Assembly: GCA_951406725.2 (NCBI GenBank)
Contig: OX597839.1
Location: 34,782,001 to 34,846,000, forward strand
Direction of reading: 5' to 3'
DNA length: 64,000 nucleotides
Origin: Octopus vulgaris
Lineage: Eukaryota
Of this stretch, positions 40,001 to 51,489 are shown piece after piece (within the stretch, counting starts at the first letter, position 1; each line of letters begins with the position of its first letter). A program made the position numbers and the translations under genes. The notes beneath the pieces are model-generated. The model was not told the DNA's origin, made no database searches, and saw only the letters and a list, made by a program, of their open reading frames with translations.

Positions 40001-40921
40001 TTGTTTGTCCATTCCTTTGTTTTCATCCTAGCATGGGTTATGTGTGTAGGAAGGTATTTCGTATTTCACAGGCCAGATGCCCTTCCTGTCTTTGAAGGCC
40101 TGACATGAGTGGATGATTTGTGGACAGGAGGAATGACAACAATAGTATTATTTGTAGTAAGGGGCTTTCCTAATGTGGTAATGTAAACAGGCGCAGGAAT
40201 GGCTGTGTCCCAACCACATGGTTCAGGGTTCAGTCCCACTGTGTGGCATCTCGGGCAAGTGTCTTCTACTATAGCCTCAGGCCAACCTTGTGAGTGGATT
40301 TGGTACACAGAAACTGAAAGAAGCCTGTTCTATGTAAAAATATATGTATGTGTGTGTGTTTGTGTGTCTGTGTTGGCTATGTCCCAACCACATGGTTCAG
40401 GGTTCAGTCCCACTGTGTGGCACCTCATGCAAGTGTCTTCTACTATAGCCTCAGGACGACCTTGTGAGTGGATTTGGTAGACAGAAACTGAAAGAAGCCT
40501 GTTCTATGTAAAAATATATGTGTGTGTATGTGTTTGTGTGTCTGTGTTTGTACCCCCAAGATTGCTTGACAACCGATGTTGGTGTGTTAACATCACCGTA
40601 ACTTAGCAGTTCGGCAAAAGAGACCGATAGAATAAGTACTAGGCTTACAAAGAATAAGTCCTCGGATCAGTTTGTTCGACTAAAGGTGGTGCTCCAGCAT
40701 GGCCACAGTCAAATGACTGAAACAAATAAAAGAATTTTAAAATAAGTATTCAGTCCACTCTGTGGGGTGGTTGGTGTTAGGAAGGGCATCCAGCTCTAAA
40801 ACCCCTACCAAAACAAACAGTGAAGACTAGTGCAGTCTTCTGCCTAGCCAGCCCCTATCAAACCATCCAACCCATGCCAGCATGGAAGACGGATGTTAGA
40901 TGATGATGGTGGTGGTGGTGG

Positions 40922-40973
<52 letters not shown>

Positions 40974-43900
40974 GATGATCTCCCCATTTTGTCTTTGGTC
41001 AACCTCTTGATCTTGTTCATTATCTTGGTGTCCATTCCGTCACCCTAATTGTCCATCTGTTCTCCTTCAGTTGTGCAATGTGACCATCTTCCTTTCTTCT
41101 TGTTGAGAGTGACTTTGAAGTCGTATTCTAGAGTAAACTACACCACAGTCATTTAAAAGCTACCCAGGTAAGATGCAATAAAAATTATATTTTATCACTA
41201 ACAAAAAAAGAAGAGAAGATTACTATTTTGTAAATCTCACAACATGAGATATTCAGCAACAGTACTTTGTAGTAAAGATTGTTTGCCAACATAACATGGC
41301 AGTCCTGGTTTAGGACGAATGTTGCTGTAATTTAGCCCCAAGAGACACCGTCTCCAGCTGGCTATACAACACAAACTGTGTCCTTATATTTTAGAACAAG
41401 GGAATCTGGCACCCCCACTCAGCTCAAAACAATATCTGTGTATCACGATTTCCAGGTTATTTCCCTTCATCAACACAGAACAACTGTTCAGCTAGAGGAG
41501 GTGCTGCCAAATTCCCATTTGAAATATATAGTTTTCAAAGTGACACACAGTCACTGATCTATAAATTAGAAAATTACTATTTTTAAATCTCATAACGTGA
41601 GATATTCAGCCACAGTACTTTGGAGTAAAGATTGTTTACCAACATAACATGGCAGTCCTGGTTTAGGACTGAATGTTTTTTTTTCCACTTCTTCCATTTT
41701 TCGATGCATTGGTGAAGACAGAAGATATTGTCACAGAGTTCTGAGATTTTGATGTCCATTACTCTTTTACTCTTTTACTTGTTTCAGTCATTTGACTGCG
41801 GCCATGCTGGAGCACCGCCTTCAGTCGAGCAAATCGACCCCAGGACTTATTCTTTGTAAGCCCAGTACTTATTCTATCGGTCTCTTTTGCCGAACCGCTA
41901 AGTGACGGGGACGCAAACACACAAACACATACATATATACGACAGGCTTCTTTCAGTTTCCGTCTACCAAATCCACTCACAAGGCATTGGTCAGCCCGAG
42001 GCTATAGCAGAAGACACTTGCCCAAGATGCCACGCAGTGGGACTGAACCCGGAACCATGTGGCTGGTTAGCAAGCTACTTACCACACAGCCACTCCTGCG
42101 CCATTCACAACTTTTCTGCACTACCCCCATCACAAAATTGAAAATCTTGAAAAAAAAAAATGCTCCACCCTGTTATATGACATGGCAATGGAGTAATTGG
42201 CCTTATGGGTCCTAGGGGTCAAGAAGAATAAAAAGAAAATGCGCAAGCATGGCTGTGTGGTAAGAAACCTGCTTCCCAACCACACGGTTCTGGGTTCAAT
42301 CTCACCGCATGTCACCTTAGTATGTCTTCTACTATGGCCTCAGGCCAACCAAAGTCTTGTGAGTGGATTTGGTAGAGGAAAACTACCGCCTCTCTTCTCT
42401 ATACCCACCACACACACTTTTCTTCACCACCACCAACACTACTACTACTACTTCTACTTCTACTGCTGCTGCTGCTGCTGCTACTACTACTTCTACTACT
42501 TCTACTGCTGCTACTACTTCTACTGCTGCTACTACTACTACTACTACAGCTGCTGCTACTACTACTACTTACTACTACTTCTACTGCTGCTACTACTACT
42601 GCTGCTACTACTACTACTTCTACAGCTGCTGCTGCTGCTACTACTACTACTACTACTACTTCTACTGCTGCTACTACTACTACTACTACTGCTGCTACTA
42701 CTACTACTTCTACAGCTGCTGCTGCTGCTACTACTACTACTACTACTACTTCTACTGCTGCTACTACTACTACTACTTCTACTGCTGCTACTACTACTAC
42801 TACTTCTACTGCTGCTACTACTACTACTATTACTGCTACTGGTGACCCACAGGCAGGCCCACCAACACACTCCCTTGATGACCACCACTACAGAAGCAAC
42901 ACCACCGTCATCACCTCTGCCATCATTATCATCAACACCTCCACCATCACCACTGGCATCACCCTCATCATCGCCACCCCCCACCACTACAACTGTTACT
43001 GCTACTACTAAGGGTGACACTACCACAATGACCTCCACTACAGAACAAAGACCACCACCACCACCACTACTGCCATCACCACCACCACCACCACCCCATC
43101 CTCATCATTGCCACTGCCCCCACCATCAGCAGCACCACCACCACTGCCATCATCTGCATCATTGCCACCACCACCACCACCACCACCACCACTATAACCA
43201 CTACAGCCTCCACTACAGAACCAAGTCTGTTATCACTTAGAGCCACTCACCCACAGAATAAAACCAATCCCGTTTCAAGTGGTCAGTTTTGACACGTGTG
43301 TGTGTGTGCATATGCACGTGTGTGTGTGTGCATATGCACGTGTGTGTGTGTGCATATGCCTCTGTGCACAAGTATATGCGAGTCTGTGTAAAGGTATGCA
43401 TATTTGTGTATGTGTACGTGTGTATGTATGTCTGCTCGTGTCTCTATGTACATCCATGCATGTGTGTGTAATCACACACACACACACACATGCGTCTATA
43501 TTGTATAATTCAGGTAAAAAAAAACACCCTGAAAACTTCAAAAAACGTGTATTTAAAAGCTTTTAAGTATGTCGTTCTTTGACTACCACATGTTATTCTC
43601 CATAAGGTTATATTCTAGAGCTGGATACACATGTGGGACTCTGCTTTGCATAAGATTAATACAAGAATAATATAACATGAAGAGGAATGGTATCAGGTTT
43701 TAATATTGATCTACTATTTAAGCCTGATATCCTTTGTCCATGTGTTTTATTATTCCTTAAGTGTCTGTGTGTGTAAGGACCCCATTTGGTCATGAATAGC
43801 CATGGGATTGCACCTAGGAAGTTCCCCTCCGAGGCACAAGTCCAGGCAAGGAAGACCAGAAGTTGCCCCTGCATACCAGCCTCCTCTCTCCATGCCACCG

Positions 43901-46900
43901 ATGTTATATATATCATCATCATCATCATCATTTAACGACCGTTTTCCATGCTAGCATGGTTTGGACGGTTCAACTGGGGTCTGGGAAGCCAGAAGGCTGC
44001 GCCAGGCCCAGTTTGATCTGGCAGTGTTTCTACGGCTGGAGGCCCTTCCTAATGCCAACCACTCCATGAGTGTAGTAGGTGCTTTTTACGTGCCACCAGC
44101 ACGGGGGCCAGACAATGCTGGCAACGGCCACAATCGGATGGTGCTTTTTACGTGCCACCGGCACGGGGCCAGTCGGGGCGGCGCTGGCAAACGTTCGGAT
44201 GGTTCTCTTACATGCCACTGGGACTGGTATCAAAGCTACAATTTCCATTGATGTTGATCGATTTTGATTTTGATTTATATATATATTTATATATAGTTAA
44301 TCTAAACATGAACAAGCAAAAAAAACAAGAAAAAAATAATGATGTGAGAATGTGGAATAAGTACAGTGTTATTGGACGCTCAGGAAAGGAAAGAAAAGAA
44401 AGAGGATTTCACGTTTCGAGCAGAGCTCTTCATCAGAAATATAGAAAAATTTCAAAGAAGGGAAGACGGAGAAAGAAAATCACCAACGATACACACACAG
44501 TCACATATTGAAATATATGTATGTACCTGTGTATGTAAATATTGAAATATATGTATGTGTGTGTGTGTCTGTAAACAAACATGAGTGCAGGCATGGCTGT
44601 GTGATAAGAAGCTTTCTTCCCAACCTCATGGTTCCAGGTTCAGTCCTACTGCGTGGCACCTTGGGCAAATGTCTTCTACTATAGCCTCAGACTGACCAAA
44701 GCCTTCTGAGTGGATTTGGTAGATGGAAACTGGAAGAAGCCTGCTGCGCATGTGTGTGTGTGTGTGTGTCTGTCTGTCTGTCACTCACCACCACTTGACA
44801 ACCAGTGTTGACGTCTTTATGGCTCCGTAACCTAGCAGTTTGGCAAAAGAGACCAATAGAATATGTACTAGGCTTAAAAACAAAAAAAGTATTGGGGTCA
44901 ATTTGTTGAACTAAAATACTTCAAGGTGGTGCCCCAGCATGGGCACAGTCTAACGACTGAAACACACAAAAGATAAAAGACACATATATCAAAGGAAAAG
45001 CTTTCTTAAATAAGTAGGTCAAAAGCTATTGTTAAGTCTACAGGTCACAAAGCTTTCCTGATAAACTTTTCTGGTGATGTAGATTGCAAGATATTTATTT
45101 ACTGATCAACCCTTTTGTTACCCTATTTCTGTTGAGATGCCAGGACCCCTGAACTGGTGGTACGTAAAAAGCGCTATCTGAATCGTGGCCGATGCCAGCG
45201 TCACCTCGACTGGCTTCCGTGCCGGTGGCACGTAAAAGGCAGCATCCGAATCGTGGCCGATGCCAGTGCCGCCTCGACTGGCTTCCGTGCCGGTGGCACG
45301 TAAAATGCACCAATCCGACCGTGGCCGTTGCCAGCCTCGCCTGGCACCTGTGCATGTGGCATGTAAAAAGCACCCACTACACCCACGGAGTGGTTGGCGT
45401 TAGGAAGGGCATCCAGCTGTAGAAACACTGCCAGATCAGACTGGAGCCTGGTGCAGCCTTCTGGCTTCTCAGATCCCCGGTCAAACCATCCAACCCATGC
45501 TAGCATGGAAAACGGACGTTAAACGATGATGATGATGATGCTTTGTGTTTCTTTCAATTAATTTTAAATATAATAAAGAATTTAGTGAAATCATTAATCT
45601 AGTGTTAGGAACATAAATTGTGACTAAGGTTTGGTGGAAGATTTTAATTCAAAACTTATGGAAACAAGACATTTGTACTCAGAGCCAGAGGTGGGTTCAG
45701 CCAGAGGTGGGTTCAGCCAGGTTGGTAACGAAAGGGTTAAGAATTGTTTCTCTATTATATATTTTAACCCTTTTGTTACCCTATTTCTGTTGAGATGCTC
45801 TGTGTTTCTTTCAATTAATTTTAAACATAACAAACGATTTAGTAAAATAAACTTAGTTATCATTCAGCTAGTGTTAGGAACATAAATTGTGACTAAGGTT
45901 TGGTGGAAGATTTTAATTCAAAACTTATGAAAACAAAACATTTGTACTCAGAGCCAGAGGCAGTTTCAGATGGGTTGGTATCGAAAGGGTTAAGAATTGT
46001 TTCTCTATTATATATTTTAACCCTTTTGTTACCCTATTTCTGTTGAGATGCTCTGTGTTTCTTTCAATTAATTTTAAACATAACAAACGATTTAGTCAAA
46101 TAAACTTAGTGAAATCATTAAGCTAGTGTTAGGAACATAAATTGTGACTAAGGTTTGGTGGAAGATTTTAATTCAAAACTTTTGAAAACAAGACATTTGT
46201 ACTACAGAACCAGAGGTGGTTTCAGCAGGGTTGGTAGTGAAAGGGTTATGGTGCTCTGATCAGAAGATTTTGTGATATTTGGGTTCTAAGATTTTTGCTT
46301 GGCTCCGTACTTTTAATGAATCAATTTCTCTCAACCCCCATCTCTGTCCATCTGCCATTCTCCTTCACACTTCCATAAATTTACTTACCCACCCATACTT
46401 CTCTTTATTCATTTTTCTGTAACTTTAGGGAATGCTCTGACATTTCTTCAACACTGTCTTTTCTCTATTCCAACAGGGGTAGCCATGTATCTCCCCTACA
46501 GCAAAATACCTATTCCTGTCCCTCTATCATACTTTAACTTCTCATCACCAGGCAAGCATCCACCTACCTTGATACTACTCACTCCAACAGCCAAGAGGTC
46601 TTGCCTTGTCTTGAGAGTTACCTGGTAACCTCAGTGGTGCTGGTGCCACATAAAAAAAAGCACCTAATACATGCTATAATGTGGTTGGTGCTATAAAGAA
46701 TATACAGCAGTAGAAGCCATGCCAAAGCAGACATTGGTGTTGAAGTGATAGCTGTAAATGAGTGTCACTGTCATACAAGCAGTGTCGTTCTTTTTCAATA
46801 TTCTGTGAAAAGATGTGTGGCCATGGGAAAATATTTCCTTGCTTGAAAATAGATCAAGGTTGGCAACAGGAAGAGCATCTCATCATCATCATCATCATCG

Positions 46901-49900
46901 TTTAGCGTCCGCTTTCCATGCTAGCATGGGTTGGACGGTTCAACTGGGGTCTGAGAAGCCAGAAGGCTGCACTAGGCTCCAGTCTGATCTGGCAATGTTT
47001 CTACGGCTGGTGCTTTTTACGTGCCACCAGCATGGAGGGCAGTCGGGGCGGCGCTGGCAACGGCCACGTTCGGATGGTTCTCTTACATACCACTGGCACT
47101 GGTATCACAGCTACAATTTCCATTGATGTTGATCGATTTTGATTTTGATTTTGATTTTCACTTGCCTCAACAGGTCTTCACAAGTAGAGTTCTGTTTCCC
47201 AAGGAGGAAAGGTATGCATAAGTGGACTGGCTACGTCCCAGGTAGAGGCCACGGGTTATGGTCTCACTTGTCCTGCCGGGTCTTCTCACGCACAGCATAC
47301 TTCCAAAGATCTCGGTCTCTAGTCATTTCCTCGGTGAGACGTAAAGTTGTTCTTTGTCAATATTCTGTGAAAAGATGTGTGACTATGGGAAAATATTTCC
47401 TTGCTTGAAAATAGATCAAGGTTGGCAAGAGGAAGGGCATCTGGATGTAATAAATCTCTGTCTCATAAACTCTTTCCTACTCATAAATTTCCGGAAACCA
47501 CCCAGATGAAGTGTCCTGCCAAACACATTCCAATCGTATCAGGAAATGGGCGAGAGAGAGAGAGAGAGAGACAGATGTTGGTCGTACTTGCAACTAAGTC
47601 CCTTCCTGGTAAGAGTTAAACAGACTGAGAGGTGTGGAAGATAAAACATCCTTCTGTTAAATAAATGTTGTTCAGAGAGATTCTAGATGATATCTTTGAT
47701 GAGAAGGAGGAGTTAGAGATCTATATCTGAGGAGGAAGGGTTAGAAATTAATAGTTGTTAACTCTCTTTCTTTCTTTATCTCTCTCTCTCTCTCTGGCTA
47801 GGTAACAACATACCTTCTCTACAGCAAAAGTGACAGACTTAAGCAAAAACAAGAAAAAAAGCAAACATCATAAGTATTGGGGTCGGCAAAAAAAAAAAAT
47901 CTTTCGAAGAAGTGCTCCAGCATGGCCACGGTGCAACGATTGAAACACAGCTGAAGATAAAAGATATATACATGTATGTATGTATGTCCATATTAGCAGA
48001 ACTGTCGAGTAAGCTGACCAGTGACAAGCAAGATGGTCAAACAATGGAACTGCAAATAGAGGGAGAGAAAGGGTAGGAGAGAGAGAGAAAGGGTAGAAGA
48101 GAGAGAGAGAAAGGGAAGAAGAGAGAGAGAAAGAGAAAGGGAGGAAGAAAGAGAGAGAGAGAGAAAGAGAAAGGGAGGAAGAGAGAGAATAATAGGTCAA
48201 ACGAGATGTTGGATTGGCGGGATTCTGGTTTAAGCACCTCACATAACACCCCCCTCCTCTCGTAACTTCTATTTTGGGGACTTTTCACCCCACCCCTACC
48301 AGCATAAATCCTAAAGAATCCACTCTTTTTCGAATGTCTTGCTTAAATCCCAGCAATGGACCACCACAGTCGGGGTGGGGGGCGCATCGCCATTCCATTA
48401 AATGGGTTTACGGAGAGAGAGAGAAGAATGCTGAAAAACAAAAACATTCAATAAATGTCTATTTATTTATTTATTTATTTGTCCCTCTCTTGGAATCTCA
48501 CAGCATGGAGTTATCTTCCCCTGCACTCACGCTTCTTATGTAATGAAGGCGAAGACAACGTTTGCGTGTGTGTGTGTGTGTGTGCGTGCGAATGTGTGAG
48601 TGCGCATGTGTGTGTGTGTGGTGTATGTGTGTTACTGTATGAGTACATATGTGTGTTTGTGGATTTATGTGTGTGTGTGTATACGACTGTATGTGTGCGT
48701 GTGGTGTATGTTACTGTATGAGTACATATGTGTGTATAAGTGTGTTTGCGGATTTGTGTGTGTGTGTGAGTGTCTTCGTATATGCGTACATGTGTTCGCA
48801 TAAGTGTTGTATGTGCATAGGTACTACTTAAGAAGCGTAGTCTTGGTGCGCGTAATCGCGCACCCGCGCTAGCTAGTCGTGACTAGTCGATCCTGCAACG
48901 ACTTCCTAGCAAAGTAAATAAAAACACAAAATAAATAATTTTTCTTTAAAAACAAAACAAATAAAAACACAAAGTAAATAAATTTTTAAAACAAAGTAAA
49001 CAAAACACAAAGTAAGGATCGACTAGTCGCGACTAGCTAGCTAGCACGAGTACGTGAGTGCGCGCACCTGGACCACTCTTCTTAAATAGTACACTGTGCA
49101 TATACGTATATGCGTGTAAGAGTACATTTACAATGTGTGTGTGTGTAATGTATTAAGGTATTTGTACATGTATGCGTGTATATACGATCATGCTGGCCAT
49201 AAAAATTATAAAATAGACCAAACCATTTCCCTGTCTGCCATAATATAATATAATATAACAAAAGCCATCGGGCGATCTTTCGTCTCTAGTAGACCTTTCC
49301 GTCGATTTCCGTAAAATTTTTTTTTTTTTTTTACATATGGGCTTCCGGGAACTTTTGAAGTAATATACATACATATACACATACACCGAGTAAAAAAATT
49401 TCAGTTATCTCTCTCTTTCACACATTACTCTGTCTCCCACACCCCATCAAACACACACACACACACACATGTACATCAATGCTTCACATGCACGGTAACT
49501 TCAAAAGAACTTCCCTCGTCATACAATCGCTTTCTCATAGTCTCTTTCGCTCTCATTACTTCAAAAGTTCCCGCAAGCCCATATGTAAAAAAAAAAATTT
49601 TTTTACGGAAATCGACGGAAAGGTCTACTAAAGACGAAAGATTGCCTCAGTATGAAGGCAAAATAACAAAACAATATCAAAACCACTACAAAAGCTATAA
49701 TGGTTTCGCACCTGCTTCCCCTCTTCTCCCAGGTCAGCATGATCTAGCAGACCTTTATTTTTTTTATCAGACAGAGTGACCATGCATCTTTTAACACATA
49801 TGGACGACTACATTATCTGCTCTATCTTTTATGAACGTTATCTGCTCTGATTAAAAAAATTTTTTTTTTTTTATGAATGTGGTCGTGGTTGGTGGTTGGT

Positions 49901-50045
49901 GATGGTGCAATGTGAAGGAGTTTTGGCTGCTTTTACCAGCAGATCGAGAGCTCGCATCTTGGAGCAGCACCCTGTATGGGTCCATGGAAAAAAAAAAACA
50001 GATGCTATATATATATACATACACACACGTATATATGTATATGTG

Positions 50046-50095
<50 letters not shown>

Positions 50096-50292
50096 TCAAA
50101 ACAAAGATGGATTAAGAAGGGTTTAAAAAGGAATTAGTAATCCATATATATATATATATAATAAATAAACAAATGTATATAACATTATTTCTACTCTCTT
50201 TCTCTCTATATATATATTATATATATATATATATATTATACATGCATACATACATTCACACACGTATGCATACAATATAGATATATATGTAG

Positions 50293-50357
<65 letters not shown>

Positions 50358-51387
50358 CATGTATATATACATGCATACGTATGTTATGTATATACACATA
50401 TAGATATATATAGATATAAACGTGCACATAGATGCATACATATGTGCACACACACACACACACACTGGTAAAACTACACCCTTGTTCAACTGGCTAAAAA
50501 TAGCAGTCAAATCTTTCTCAAATCATAGGTTACCGTTTAAAATACATTATAGCATGTATTATTCCTGATGGCGAAAATTGGTTGGTGATCGCTGGAATAT
50601 GTTTTAATTGTAGGTCAGTTAGGGTCAGTGTGCTGACCTGTGGTTAAATAACAGTTGAGGATTTTCTACAGAGCCGCTTCAATGGTCAGAAATAGAAGCT
50701 AAATCTTATTCAAATCAGACTCTAAAATGAATGGCATAACTCCAGGAATCTGCTCTGTCCACCGCACGACTTTGTTTCCTCATAACTTTCTTTTAAGAAT
50801 GGATAATTTTAATAGAATTACCAGCACTTAGGCTTCAGATGGTGTAGATTACGATTACATCGGAATTTAACGTGGAAAAAATAATGAAGTGGTGGAGGGG
50901 GGTGTCGATAATTACCTTTAATTACCATACTTCATCAAAATGAATGAGGAGATAATTATGCGATCTCACTCCATAATTTTATATATTTATTTTTCAATCT
51001 ACAACATCTGAAATGTATATGTGGGAAATTTTATCTAAAAAACCCCCAAAATATCCAGTTTTTTTAAAGAAAGTTATGAGGAAACAAAGTTGCATCGAGT
51101 TTTGAGAATTATCCGAAACTCTGCTCAACCGTTTCCGAAAGAATTAGATTAATGTAGTTCTCGGTAATTCAAGAGAAGGAAAGGAAAAAAAGGGTGGGAC
51201 GATCATGGCTGGAACGACCTTTGATCATAGGTTGACTTGACTGAAGTAGACCTAGGGCTGAATAACAACAACAGTAATTAGATTTAGTAGAAGCTAACGA
51301 AGAGGGCATCCTCTACGTCGCTGTTCGAAACCTTGGACTTTACCTTTGATTTTACCATATGCCTACACACACACATACAATGTGCAC

Positions 51388-51450
<63 letters not shown>

Positions 51451-51451
51451 C

Positions 51452-51489
<38 letters not shown>

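Noticed and set aside
40844-41035. Possible extra exon in intron 1
   Set aside because: Another frame shows a decayed LINE C-terminus with stops, and exons 1 and 2 already join in frame across the Nudix box.
42197-43240. 347-aa ORF and overlapping ORFs
   Set aside because: Products of SINE sequence plus trinucleotide repeats (poly-L/Y/S/P/H).
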